Source of the DNA: the human T2T-CHM13v2.0 reference genome, Homo sapiens
Reading direction: 5' to 3' (one strand)
DNA length: 64,000 nt
NCBI RefSeq assembly: GCF_009914755.1
Contig: NC_060931.1
The notes below the pieces were generated by a model that saw only the letters and a list, made by a program, of their open reading frames with translations, made no database searches and was not told the DNA's origin. Shown here piece after piece: positions 15,800 through 29,214 of the stretch (position 1 is its first letter; each line of letters starts with the position of its first letter). Position numbers and translations under genes: made by a program.

Positions 15800-16452
15800 C
15801 ATAAACCTCTCCTAGCTGCTCCCTGGACAGTGCCGAAAAGTCCACCTCTAGCTGATCTCTCTGACTCTACTCTTGCCCACAGTAGTTGATGCTCTAGAAT
15901 GATCCATTTGAGACCTAAGTCAGGTCATGTGGCTGCCCTACTCAAAACCTTCGAAGGCACCCTATCACGTTTAGAAAAGCATTCGAAGCCCCAGCTATGG
16001 TCCATCTGCCTCTATGGTCTGGCCTCTGGCCCCTTTTCTGTTCCTCATTCCATCTCCCCCTCCCCTCCAGCCACACTGGCCCTGCTATTCCCCAGCAGGC
16101 CAAGCACAGGGCTGTTCAGCTGCCCACAACATTTCCCGAACTGCCCTGTGGCTCACTCCCTTTCTTCACTCCGGTTTCCATTCAAATGTCACCTCCTTAG
16201 AGAAGAGTGATTTGGCTCCTATCTAAAATGGTGCTCTCTGTCCTTCCCACTCCACTCCCCTGTTTTATTTTCTTGATGGCACTTCTCAGGGTCTGAAATC
16301 ATCTCAGACATTTGTTTACTTGTTTATTTTCTGGATCCCTGAATAGAAAAGAAGCTTCATGCAAGCATGAGTATTTGGTTTCCCACTGTATCCCGTGTCT
16401 AGGAGAGGGTCTGGTAGATATTGACACCTAATAAGCATTTGTTGAGTGAACA
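15800..16452 (+). mobile_element. L2 3' fragment
   Basis: Pyrimidine-rich L2 motifs (CTCAAAACCTTC, TTCAAATGTCACCTCCTTAGAGAAG) ending ATAAGCATTTGTTGAGTGAA. Confidence 0.7.
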
Positions 16453-17277
16453 GCTGAGCGAGCGCTAGCTTCCCACATGGCAAAATGCGTGCACACACAC
16501 AAAATACGAAGGGGCGGCCAATCTGCCTTCACAGAGGCAGAACCGCCCCTAGAGCTTTTGAGGAACCACCTGGAGAACATTGGAAACTACCAGTGCCAGG
16601 CCCAGCTTCCGGAGATGCCAATTCCCCAGGAAGTCCTAGTGTTATGTGCTCCACAGCTGACTGTGATCCAGGCAGGAGCCAGAAATTTTACCAAGATCTA
16701 GGCCCCTCCTCAACCGGAGAGCTCCAGGGCTGTCTTTCAGATGCTGTGTTAGTTGCCTGCCTTTTACCCAGAATGACTTCACCTTTAAGGAAGTGCCTGC
16801 AACCCACAGTGGTGCAAGCCACAGTGATTTCATGCCCAGCCCTGGAGCTGGTTCCTTGAGGAATTAGCATACTTCCTCAACAAATGTGTTTTCTTTGTGA
16901 AGAAACAGTGTGCAGCCAGAAAGTCGCCTTGGATTTGGAAGCCTATCGGATGTTGCAATTGTTTTGAGCAGGTAGCTGGGGAGGGAGGGCTGGAGGGAGG
17001 AATCAAGGACTAGGTTTGGAAAATGGGCAGAAGGTGACAGAGATAGATGATTCCTGCCTAGGGAGACCACAGAGAAAAGGGGGCAGGGGCTGGAGGGGGG
17101 AGCCCAGGTCTCCAGTCTGTCTCCCCATAGTCCTTACAGCCCTGGACTCACTGCCCTTGTACAGAGCCTCCCACAGACCCTCACGACAGCCTTCCTAGGG
17201 AGTCGTTATTGTCCCTAAGTGTTAAATCAGGACGCCACAGGAGAGAGCAGCTAAACTACCTGCACCTGGTCCTGGTA

Positions 17278-17448
17278 AGGTAAGTAGAGATCCAGGGTCC
17301 ACACTCAGGTCAGGTTTAGTAGAGATCCAGGGTCCACACTCAGTTCAGGTAAGTAAAGATTCAGGGTCCACACTCGTGTCAGGTAAGTAGAGATCCAGGG
17401 TCCACAGTCAGGTCGGGTAAGTAGAGATCCAGGGTCCAAACTCATGTC
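17278..17448 (+). repeat. Minisatellite, 5 x 34-35 bp
   Basis: Unit AGGTAAGTAGAGATCCAGGGTCCACACTCAGGTC starting at 17278, 17312, 17347, 17381 and 17415. Confidence 0.95.
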
Positions 17449-17937
17449 AGTCAGGCGTGCAGCCCGAGAGTTCTCGGTTTCAACAAAGATCCTCCCATCC
17501 CCTGCCGAATTTTGGTTGGAGCCTCCTCCCCAAGCCCTTCCCTGCACACGGCCTGGTGTCTGCTTCCTTCAGTGGTTATTAGCCTTGCATGCACATTGTA
17601 ATTGACTCAGAGTTTTTAATAAAATATTTGATCTTCACTCCCAGAGAGTCTCAATTAATTGGCCTGGAGCAAGGCCCAGGCAGTAGTTTTGTTTTGTTTT
17701 GTTCCTGCTCCCCAGATGACTCTAATATATAGCAAGAGTAAGAAACCTCTGTTCCAGGTCAATGGGAAGTAAGGGCAGGCCCCAGTGAAAACATCACAAA
17801 TAGCATAAAGAATAAACCCACAGAAAAGAAAGAACCAGAGATGCACTTGAGTATGCAGCTTCTATCACAAAGGATATGGCCCTGGCCTATCCTGAAAAGA
17901 AGTCTGAGGTACTAAACTCAACCCAAGAGTGCCAATG

Positions 17938-18343
17938 GATTAGTTCCGAGTGCTGCCTTAACAAAGCATCACTAACTGTCTCACAGTCGTGGAGGCTAGA
18001 AGTTACAAGGCCAAGATGTCAACAGAGCCCTGCTCCCTCTGAAAGCACTAGGGAAGCGTCTGTTTCAGGCCTCCCTCCTAGCTTCTGGTAGTTCCTTGGC
18101 TTATAGCAGCAACACTCCAATCTTCATGCTGTGTTCTTCTTGTGTGTGCTTCTATCTCTAAATGTCCCCTTTTTATAAGGACCAGTCATATTGGATTAGG
18201 GGCCGACCCTACTCCAGTATGATCTCATCTTAGCTAATTGCATCTAAAACCATCCTATTTCCAAACAAGGAAACATTCTAAGGGCCTGGGGGGTTAGTAC
18301 TCGAATATACCATTTTTGTAGGGGACACAATTCACTCCAGACA
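17938..18343 (-). mobile_element. MaLR LTR (MLT1B/C-like)
   Basis: CTCACAGTCGTGGAGGCTAGAAG..CTCCCTCTGAAAGCACTAGGGAAG..TTATAAGGACCAGTCATATTGGATTAGGG..GGGGACACAATTCA. Confidence 0.8.
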
Positions 18344-18521
18344 GGCATATAGAGCCAAACTTTGAGGCAGTGTTTCCCTAGCAGGCACTTAGGAACTTAC
18401 TCCTGTGGGAAACCAGATGTCTGTTCCACTCGCTGTCCTGAAAAGTCATGATGTACTTTTGTATAGAAAAGGCTCAGAAAAATCCTTCAGGAAATCAATC
18501 TGTTTGCTTTATTTATCCTAG

Positions 18522-18820
<299 letters not shown>

Positions 18821-19375
18821 AAGGAACCCTTTAAACATCACCATCTAGTAACAATCTGTGGAATACACTTTGAGAAACAATGCCTTAAAAGTCAGAGTGT
18901 GAAATTAGCCATTATTATCCAGACAGATGAATGAAAGCCTCCTATGAGTGTGAAAGTGCCCACCACCAGAGGAGCAGACAACTCGATACAGAGACAACAG
19001 GTCTCCCCTTGAGTTAACATACACAAATACTAAGAACAAAACAAGACTTACCAAGACCAAAATACTGCATTTTTTTGTACAGTGTTGTAATAAGTAATCC
19101 TGACATTTATTACACAATTTATGTAACTAATTTTTTTTTTTTTGGTAATATTATAATCATGTACCACCACATTTCAAAGAATGACATTTCAGCTTTCTGG
19201 GAAGTTGTAATTGGGAAAAAGGAGTATTATAATTTGGAGCAGGGCACACTGGCTGGGAAAACCAAATGTCTTTCTGGATCCCCATACCATCTTGGAGAAA
19301 GATGCTGCAGTCACTCCATGATGCCAGGGCACATCATGTGCAAAAAAAAAAAAAACACACAAAAGACTGCCACCA

Positions 19376-19527
19376 GCTGGGCATGGCTCATGCCTATACT
19401 CCCAGTGCTTTGGGAGGCTGAGGTAGGAGGAGATCTCTTGAGCCCAGGAGATAGAGGTTACAGTGAACTATGATTGTGCCATTTCCCTCCAGCCTGGGCA
19501 ATAGAGAGAGACCCTGTCTCTAAAAAA
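19376..19527 (+). mobile_element. Alu monomer (FAM/FRAM)
   Basis: Single arm ending GAGACCCTGTCTCTAAAAAA. Confidence 0.85.
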
Positions 19528-19799
19528 GTTTTTAAAATAAAAATACCGCCGTCACCTGACGCACACAAAAGACGTTCTGCATGTCAACAAGAGCTTTGGG
19601 AGGGATAGCTTTAAGTAGCACACAAAATAATCCAATACACATTTTAGAAGTGAGGCTTCTAAAAATAAAACCACATAATTTCCATGTTTTTGAAGCAGAA
19701 CTTCCTCAGACAATTCCCTGAACATGGGAACCATGGGCTATTTCAATACTGAAGTGCTTACATTTTTCCGGTTTCCTCCTTTGAGCAAACTAGGCTTTC

Positions 19800-20501
19800 T
19801 TTTTTAAACTTTAATTCAAGGAAAGAAATAACAATGCAACACCAAAGCACTACTTTCCACAGCAGCAAATTAGAGAGGGCTAATTTGTGGGCATGGCTGT
19901 GCCCTGTTATCTGTACCTTGTCACTTTAATTCAGCACAACCCAAACCCGGCAATTCCTTTCATTTTGACTTTTCCACAGAGCAGAATTTTAGCCTTCACG
20001 CTGGGTTTCAAAGAGTCCAAAATAAAACCAGCCCACATTAAGCAAAACAGCCACATAAAACCTTTCCTTTATGTATGGAAGAAAGGACTTTCCAAGTTCA
20101 AAAGGATTTTTTGTTAAGCAGTCTTGGTAATGTTTTTAAAAGTCTATTTTAAAAAGTTGAGTGTTTTTCCCTCCATTGTGTTGATGCACATGTAGACCAG
20201 TATGTCTATTTCCTCTAGCGGAAGCAATGAAGTTGTCACCTGAAATGTGTACACTTCAGTCCACTGCTAAAACACCTCAGGCAAGCGAGAGTCTCGAATC
20301 GTCCAGGTAGAAGACAAACCTTCCATCCTGCCACACTGTGGAGCATGAAGAGGCAGGAATAATAGCTTGGTCACAGGTAGTAGGGAGACACAGGAGTCTC
20401 CAGACCCTGATATTCAGCTTTTGCTGGGAAATCCAGTTCTCCTTTAACCATAGGAAATAGGCTGTCAGGAGTGTAGGGGAACCAAATACTTCCACCTCTA
20501 C
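19800..20501 (-). other. Candidate alternative terminal exon (minus strand)
   Basis: Acceptor CTTCATTCTTTACGCATACCCCTAG|G at 20501; ATTAAA on the minus strand at ~19810-19815 and ~19925-19930; unique (non-repeat) sequence. Confidence 0.3.
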
Positions 20502-21265
20502 CTAGGGGTATGCGTAAAGAATGAAGCACGGGCATCCCCCGAGATTCTTACTAATTCTCCAGCATGTGCAACCCTCATTAGGGAGAGCTGCTCTTTGAAA
20601 CAAAAATTAATCACCGTAAGCAGAAAGGCACGCTTCCCACAGTCTCTCCCATGTTGCCCAACTTCCAAAATCTCATAGCCTTCCCTATCCCACCTCTTGA
20701 AATTCAGATTCTCTAGCGCTTTCATCCCCCGAGAAGTCACCCATGCTCTGGTTCCAGAAATCATTTGGTTAAAAATCAAAAGAACAAGAAATGTCTGTGT
20801 ATAGGCTATCACAGCAGCAAGTTGTAAAACTGCACCATGGACGTAAAAATGCAGACTTTTTAAAAACACAAACGGTAACTGGAATTTAGACCTGGTGCCT
20901 CCACCCTAAATCTGTATTTTGCAGCTGTCGCTATGAGCATAAAGTCAGCCCCTTAACTGAGCAGGAACCCAAGAAGCATTTCTTCACAGCTGTCAGGCTT
21001 GCGCCACTTGCATGGAGTATGAACGGTTTCACATGAAGCCCGCACTCACTGTGCAAGGGAAGGTCTCGCAGAGTGGAGGGTGGCAGAACTCCTCCCATCA
21101 AGTAGGAAATCTGACTGACAAAGACACAGGTCAGTAGGGTGCCCCAAGGAGCACATTTCTTATTACACTCTGCCTTTTTTTTTTCTTCTGACTCCCAGAC
21201 GCACAGAGGCCCAGGGACAGAAAAAAAGCAAAAGCTACAGGTTCCTAAGCAGACTCAGGCCCTAC

Positions 21266-21346
21266 CTGTTTTGAATAGCATGTGTTTCCAGTAATTCTAT
21301 TTCTAATCCTTTTCATGGTCCCCTAGGTTAGGACTCATCACAGTCC
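21266..21346 (-). other. Candidate 81-nt exon (minus strand)
   Basis: TTTGATTTTTTTACTGGGTCAG|GG ... AAACAG|GTAGGG. Confidence 0.3.
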
Positions 21347-21723
21347 CTGACCCAGTAAAAAAATCAAACAGATATCAAAGACTAATGTCAGAGTTCATAT
21401 AGGGCTTATGGGTTTGTTTGCAAATGGAAACCAAGGCTCCGCTCTTTGAGACTTATAGGTGCTTACCACCCCCCAGCCCCCATGCTATTGCTTCTATCCA
21501 CCAGGTGTTGAGGGCCATGAGCTTATCAGGAGTTTGCACTTTTAGATGAGAGGACAATCTGGTTATAGACAACTGCCAGGGCACACAGGTGGCTGGGGCA
21601 GGACACCAAATTGACCTGGTGACCCTGTAGACACTGTTTCCCATCCCCAACTGAATATGTGATAGAGGGAAGTGGTTCAATGTTCACATCAAGCCCAAAT
21701 CAGGTATATTCTGGGAAAGTAGT

Positions 21724-21815
21724 CCCTTCCTTCCTTCCTTCCTTCCTTCCTTCCTTCCTTCCTTCCTTCCTTCCTTCCTTCCTTCCTCCCTCCCTCCCTC
21801 TCTCCCTCCCTCTTT
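21724..21815. repeat. (CCTT)n/(CCCT)n polypyrimidine microsatellite next to an Alu tail
   Basis: Read directly. Confidence 0.95.
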
Positions 21816-21839
21816 CCCCCCACCGCTCTTTCTTTACTT

Positions 21840-22141
<302 letters not shown>

Positions 22142-22506
22142 CAGAAGTAGTTATTTATAAAGGCATTTGTGTGCAAGGCCTTATAATATTATGACAAAAT
22201 ATAAAATATAAAATTACACTAAGTTGAGGACTCTTATGTTCGACCAGTGTAAGCCAGTCTATATATGTACTTCCTCTCTAAAAATTCTTTGAAGAAAACA
22301 GAGTTTATACCAGGAGGTGCACACGGCCTTCGTTACTCATGGAAGGACCCACACCTTCATGGTGGGTCTCTAGCCACTGAGCCATCCAGAGACCCCAGTT
22401 GGGGGCCGACTTGCATGCCACATTCCTGATTTCAGGAACCTCTTCAGAAACAGCCTCTGCTACTCAAGAGCTTCAAGATTTGGGCAAGCCCCCATGTAAC
22501 ACTCAC

Positions 22507-22577
22507 CAGGGAAGAGCTGGCTTTTATACAAGGAACGATTTGGGACCACAGGTTCCAGGGCTAAGTACCCAGAAGGC
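22507..22577 (-). other. Candidate 71-nt exon (minus strand)
   Basis: CCACTTCTCCTGTAG|GCC ... CCCTG|GTGAGT. Confidence 0.45.
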
Positions 22578-23854
22578 CTACAGGAGAAGTGGCCATCTGT
22601 GCAAGAAAGAGCAGCAAAGCCTGTAGGGAAGTGTGTGTACCCCCCTAAGAAAGCATTCAGTTGTAGAAAGAGAACTGTAATCTCCACACACATGCAATGG
22701 CCCTGCGTGGACTTTGCACCCAGAAATTGAAGAACTTGAGTTTCCAGCAGGGAGACACACTGTTCTCAAATGAGAAATATAGATATTCTGGCTAAATTTC
22801 GAAAGGAAGTCTGCAACCCGGGGAAGTTAAAGAACTCTAGAGATAATAAAATATTCCAGGATGGTAAACATTTTTTTTTAAAGTCTTTCCTTCCTCTGAT
22901 GTGGCTCCAGACTTCGAAACAAAACAAAACAGAAAGAGGGAAGTTGCTACTCTAGAGGTCAGCATATCTCTAACTCAAGTGCCCACATGGCCAGTGGTCT
23001 CTGAGGCAGTACAGGGTAGCAAGGAGAAGCTCTAAGGAACCTGAATAAAGTGGCATATGCCTCTGACAGTTAACGTATAAAACCAACCCAGAAAGAAGGA
23101 ACACAAGATCCCAGATCTGCAAAGCCATTCGAGAGTCCATGGGGCTTTGCAGTTGGCAGAACTTGGGGACAACCTAGCTGAGGCCATTCGCATATCTAAA
23201 GCATGAGCACGTCAGTCAGAAGCAGAGGTGGCCAACCATGAAATCTGAGCAAATTGGCGCTGCTAGGCTACCCCAGCTCTATACAAGGGAGGGCAGCCCC
23301 ACTCTAGCCTCTCTCTTCCACATCTGCTGCCAGGTGTGAGGCCTCCCTATAGAATGGAGAGATGGGGCTGTCCTGACTCTGGAGGCCTCTGGACTTTCTG
23401 ATCACACTGGCTAGCTCTTCTCACTGTGATTCTATGTTTACCAAATGCTCTCCTGATTACAACTCCTTCCCTTGACGTCTGCCTACAGGGAGGAAATCTG
23501 CTAGTCTGAGTACCAGTGGTCTTGATGATATTTCCTACAGTAAATCATCAAATTGGCCTCTGGCTCCCCAGTCACTAAAAACCTGCTAATTGCATCTGCC
23601 CTGGGAGGTAACTGTGCTCCCCTGGAGCCTGCTGTCTTCTGAGCCTGTTTGCACTTAAGGCCACCTCCTGAGGGTTGCTGAGAAAGGATGCAGGTTTTCT
23701 CTTGGTTGTGCCCCTTGGCTTCACCACTTCCCCACCCCCAACTCATTCCAAGGTCTACCAAGACCACTTCTGCACACATTTCCATCAGGACATAATACAA
23801 AACATCTCTCCTGGGCAACTTGTCCACGAGGAAAAGTCTAAGCTTGTTCATTAA

Positions 23855-24450
23855 TTTTTATTCTTTCTTAAAAATTTTTATTTTGAAGCAATCTCCAATT
23901 CACAAAAAATTGCAGATATAATATAAATAAATTTCATTCTTCCTGAACAACTTGAGAGTAACTTGCCAACCCAGTGGCTCACCACCCACTAATACCTTAG
24001 TGAAGATTGCCAACAAACAATGGCATTCTCCTATATAACCACCACACAAGCATTCAAATCAGAAAATTAACATTTAATACACATTCTATTTGCCCTTGTG
24101 ACCTCGTTCAAATTTCACCAAATGTCCCGATAATGTACTTTATAGTAAATTATTTCACCAAATGTCCCAATAATAGTACTTTATAGTACATTATTTAAAA
24201 AAAATCCAATTCAGAATCACACATTGCTTTAAGCTGTTGTGTCTCTTCAGTCTCTTCATTCTAAAGTGCTTCCCTCAGTTTTCCTCTGCCCTTGACCCTT
24301 TTGAAGACTATAGACTGGTTATTTTGTTCCTCAATTTGGGTTTGTCTGGTGCTGCTGCTACTGATTAGATTCAGGTTATGCATTTTTGGTGGAAATATCA
24401 CAGAAAAGTGAAGCTGCAGCCTTTCCCTTGCCTGCTATCAAGCGGTGCCT
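23855..24450 (-). mobile_element. L1MC4/5-like 3' end containing an internal 40-bp tandem duplication (24112-24196)
   Basis: TCCTGAACAACTTGAGAGTAACTTGC..CATTCTCCTATATAACCAC..TCAAATCAGAAAATTAACATT; ATTTCACCAAATGTCCC..ACTTTATAGTA occurs twice. Confidence 0.7.
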
Positions 24451-24789
24451 GGTTTTGGTTTATCCAAAAACCAAAATCACTGTTCATTTGTTCCTCAGCT
24501 TGCTTTTTTATGCTCAGATCCCCACAAGCCCATAAAGATTGGCCTACCTACTCCAAGGAGAGGCTGAACTAGAAGGGCCTTGGGCATATCTTGATCTGTA
24601 TCTTCTCTGCCTTGTATGGTATAAGTGCTCCCTGCTCTGCCCCCTAGATGGGATAAATAGGTGGAAAGGAGAGATGATATGGTTTGTGGACAAATAGCAG
24701 AATACTTTAAGTCCTACTCACACAATTTTTCCATAGCTAAGTAGAGGTAAGCTGCCTTAACTTTTTGATGCAAGAAATAACCCCCTTTT

Positions 24790-25540
24790 TACTCATTCAT
24801 TCATTCATTCATGCCACTTATATTTATGGGGAGCCTCTCCCTGTTAGGCCCAGGGACACTAATATAATGTTGGACAATACCCTGCCCCAAAGGAGAGAAT
24901 GGTCTCTCACAGAATACTCTTACTAGAAAGCTACAGGACAGCAGTGAGAAGGAGATGCTTGACCAGGTGGAGGGGGAAGCAGTCCAGCACCAAGGAGCAG
25001 CTCAACATAGTCTGGCATGTTCAGAAACCTGAAAGAAGCTGTAAATAGGACCTCAGTCAGACTGTGAGCTAAGTTGAGTGACAGGTGGGAGGAGACTAGA
25101 GAACGAGGAGACAGGAGCTGGATCAGACAGGCCTCAGACGGTCAGCAAGAGCCTACACCTGGGCTGATAAGAAACAGGAATCTCTGAAGGGTTGGAAGCC
25201 AAGTGCCAAGATCATGAAGACATTCTTACAACAACCTAAGGAACCCATCTGCAGAAGGAGAATAATTGGGGAACAGAAGGGAAGCAAGGGGCATAAGCAT
25301 ATACATGAGGAGACAATGGAAGTGTCTTCCAGAGCAGAGAGGCTGATGAGGGTTCATCTAGGGCAGGAACAGTGTGGAGGAAACAGAGACCAGATTCCAC
25401 AGAAACACCAGATCTGCAGAATTTTGCATCAATGTGAGAAGTGAAGGGCTGAGAGTTATCAGGAGGGCCTGGGGGGCTTCTGGGTTAAGTGCATGGCAGT
25501 GGGGGTGGCTTTGATCAGGATGTAGATGAGAAGAGCAGGT
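24790..25540 (-). mobile_element. L2 fragment(s)
   Basis: (CATT)n L2 tail followed by purine-rich degenerate L2 sequence; boundaries approximate. Confidence 0.55.
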
Positions 25541-25809
25541 GTTGGTAACTCAGCACCTCCAGACACGAGAACAATTTCCCAATATCTTAAACTTGAGACC
25601 CCAGCAAATTTTCATTTATCCTGATTACTGGAATGTTTCAAGGTCAAAGTTTGCAGTCATGGATGAATATCATGGAAGGCTGAGTATTTTAATTACATTT
25701 TAGTTCCCAGTGTTACCTCCTGCAGTAATTATCATAAGCATAGCTGGGAGTAGTTTTGCAGTACTAGAAAGAGAGAGAGAGAGCTGTGTTTTAAGAGTTG
25801 CTCATCCCA

Positions 25810-26115
25810 GGCTGGGTGCGGTGGCTCATGCCTGTAATCCCAGCACTATGGGAGGCCGAGGCAGGCAGATCACCTGAGGTCGGGAGTTTGAGACCAGCCT
25901 GACCAACATGGAGAAACCCCGTCTCTACTAAAATAATACAAAATTAGCTGGGCGTAGTAGTGCATGCCTGTAATCCCGGCTACTCAGGAGGGTGAGGCAG
26001 GAGAATTGCTTGAACCCGGGAGGCGGAGGTTGCAATGAGCCGAGAACACACCATTGCACTACAGCCTGGGCAACAAGAGTGAAACTCCATCTCAAAAAAA
26101 AAAAAAAAAAAAAAA
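25810..26115 (+). mobile_element. AluSp-like
   Basis: GGTCGGGAGTT, CCTGACCAACATGGAGAAACCCC, CAACAAGAGTGAAACTCC; TSD AAGAGTTG(C/T)TCATCC. Confidence 0.95.
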
Positions 26116-26510
26116 GAGTTGTTCATCCTGCCTCTCTCAATGCCACCTACCATGTATGTATGCTTCCCTAATCATTTCCAGTAATTCTAGAATTGGGGCA
26201 GCCCATCATTGACTTAATTTCATGGGACACACTTGATATATTTACTTTTAAGGAAAGTAAGTTATAACCAATTTTGTTTTCAGAACTTGATGAGATCCTT
26301 GAGAAAAAGTGAAAACACCCTGCAGTAATAAAAAGCTGAACTTAGAAACTGTACATTTACATGATGGAAGATGAAAACCCAGGGTTTGGTTAGAGTCTAG
26401 AAGCAATTATGGCTCTTCTTCTCTCTCAACATCTTGTTTGTTTTGCTTTGTTAATGTAAAGCAAGCACCTCTGTTACTTCTTATTTTAAACCACTTCTCT
26501 ATATACTCAC

Positions 26511-26572
26511 TGTAAGCAAACATTCAGGGCTGAGGTAGGAGATAGGGACTTTCCAAGTAAAACTGTGTAGTG
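26511..26572 (-). other. Candidate 62-nt exon (minus strand)
   Basis: CTTGTTTTTATTCCTTGTAG|CAC ... TTACA|GTGAGT; both sites near consensus. Confidence 0.5.
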
Positions 26573-26995
26573 CTACAAGGAATAAAAACAAGTGCACAGA
26601 CATTTTGTACACTTTATTTTTGATTAACGGTGAGAAAAAATGCAATAGTGTCATAGTTTTTTGTAGGCAGTCTCAGCTTTTTCGCCTTTACTTATTTCTT
26701 CCTTTTATTAATCTACATTCTTTTGTGCACCTTATTGAGTCATCCTCAGCTGCACTTCATCATTGCACTCCTTGGTGAGAATAATGTGGGTTTTCATGGT
26801 AACATCACAAAGTGTAATCAACAGTGGACCTTGATTCAGATAAACCTTTGCTCTCTTGGTGGTTCTAAATTACTAGCCATCCATCTTGTATCAGGCCACT
26901 TGAACACCTTTGAGCCTCCTTTCTTCCTAAGCACAGTAGACATAATGATAAGCTCACCTAAGAGGATTTATATGAAGATTAAATTGCATAAAGCA

Positions 26996-27139
26996 GCCTG
27001 GCACAGTGGCTGACACCTGTAATCCCACTACTCTGGGAGGCCAAGATGGGAGGATTGCTTGAGTCCAGGAGTTCAAGACCCCTGGGCAACATAGCGAGAC
27101 TCCGTCTCTACAAAACAAAACAAAAAAGGCAAAAAAAAT
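26996..27139 (+). mobile_element. FLAM_C / Alu left monomer
   Basis: GGGAGGATTGCTTGAGTCCAGGAGTTCAAGACC..GGGCAACATAGCGAGACTCCGTCTCTAC plus an A tail. Confidence 0.9.
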
Positions 27140-28317
27140 GTATAATGCATGTCAGAGCCATTAATATAGTCCCTGAAAGAAAAGAATGATAAAATAAGAT
27201 TGCTGAAGTAGATAAAAAACCTAGGTAATGCTTTATAGGGCATTAAAATGGCAATTTGGGGGCTATCTTTTCTAATGGACAAGAATCATTCACACTGCTA
27301 TCACACAGGAATCCTTTGCATCACTGTCCATTTTCTATAGGTATTCATTTACCCTTATAGATTGTAAAATATCCCAACCAACAGCAAACAGTAAATTAAA
27401 GAATAGCAGAGAAAGGCACCTACCCCTAGAGAATTGGATAATCTTGAGTGGGGACAATAATTCACTATGACATTGAAGGGACATGCAGTTATACTTTTGC
27501 CTATTTGCCTGTTTCCAAGTGTTAGATGCATATATTTTTCCTTTACACTGCATCACAGGAGTTCAATAAGTGTTAGCCAGAAATTAGTGATTCTGAAATT
27601 ACTATACATGAAATTCCATAGGACATTGGCAAAGGAGTAATAAGAGGACAACTGGTAGCATCAAGTGCTTGCACTAAGAAAAAGAACATTAAATATGACT
27701 ATATTATGTTATAAAGGACTACCTGTCTACCTGATAGCTGAACCCAAAGAGAGACTGAGGTAGACTGAAGATAGGAATTTTTCTCAGAAAGAAATAAACT
27801 GGCTGGAATATAGACAGCCACAGTCGTAAACTGTAATGAACAGGTTAGAATGTCTGCAAAATATATAGTCAACTGAACCTTATTTAATTTACTTATATAT
27901 CAAAGCAAGGAACAACATAAGACCCACAAAAAACTTAAAAATACTTTTTTCATGACCTCTCAAATTAGACTTTGTTAATTTTATTTGTCATTTCCCTTTC
28001 TTCTCTTTTGAATAACAACACTTAAAATATCTCATGCTCAAAAGAGAAATATTTAGTTCTCAAAGGTTTGACAGAAAATTGATAGAAGGCTCAAGCCCAT
28101 CTTTGGACCAACTCTATGAGGAATACATAGGGTAAAGGTATGGGTCATAAAAGGCATCTGTAAGACAGCCCCATTGGGCAGCATCCATGCACAAAAGGCG
28201 TTATGGACAGCATGCCTGTGAAGATGCAGCTGGACCCCTCAGATCTATTTGTCTGTGATTTCCCTTTGGGCAGCATCACCTCTGTGCACCTCAGTTTCCT
28301 CATCAAGATGGACAATA

Positions 28318-28908
28318 CGATTCCTCAAAGATCTAGAACCAGAAATACCATTTGACCCAGCAACCCCATTACTGGGTATATACCCAAAGGAATATAAATC
28401 ATTCTATTACAAAAATACATGCATGCATATGTTCACTGCAGCACTCTTCACAATAGCAAAGACATGGAACCAACCCAAATGCCCATCAACGATCGACTGG
28501 ATAAAGAAAATGTAGTACATATACACCATGGAATACTATGCAGCCGTAAGAAGGAATGAGATTATGTCCTTTGCAGGAACATGGATGGAGCTGGAAGCCA
28601 TTATCCTCAGCAAACTAACACAGGAACAGAAAACCAAATACTGCATATTCTCACTTATAAGTGGGAGCTGAACAATGAGAACACATGGACACAGGGAGAA
28701 GAAAAACACACACAACAACATACCTGTCAGCAGGTGGGATATGGGGAAGGAGAGCATTAGGAAAAATAGCTACTGCATGCTGGGCTCAATACCTAGGTGA
28801 TGGGTTGATAGGTGCAGCAAACCACCATGGCACACGTTTACCTATATAACAAACGTGCACACCTGCACATGTATCCCAGAATTTAAAATTTAAATTTAAA
28901 TTTTAAAA
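28318..28908 (+). mobile_element. 5'-truncated L1PA (older primate L1): ORF2 C-terminus and 3'UTR, inserted in a MIR
   Basis: Translates RFLKDLEPEIPFDPATPLLGIYPKEYKSFYYK..AKTWNQPKCPS..DWIKKM; 3'UTR GGTGCAGCAAACCACCATGGCAC; TSD-like GATGG(A/C)CAATA. Confidence 0.93.
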
Positions 28909-29214
28909 AGGATGGCCAATAATACACATTTCATTATGACTGTTGTGAGAATTAAAAGAGCTCACAGAGCTCTAGCACAGAGCCTCCCTGACACATAACA
29001 TGCTAGTAAAGATGTACTAACTTTTATTTTCCCTTCCTATCTTCAAAAACATCAAAGTTTCCTTCAAACAAAAACCCAATCTATATATTCATGGAAATGT
29101 AAACATTCAATTAATCACTGCATTGTCTTTCTTTTGAAGCCCTCTTCACTGCTCCATTCAAGAAAAAAGACAAGGCAACTCAGGGAGGAACCAGAAAGCG
29201 ATGGATTCACTAAC

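Noticed and set aside
17278-17448. CRISPR-like array
   Set aside because: Units are contiguous with no unique spacers, the context is primate DNA, and there are no cas genes
28249-28515. 88-aa ORF with L1 ORF2 similarity as an active element
   Set aside because: Only the last part of ORF2 in a ~600-bp 5'-truncated copy, with a premature stop
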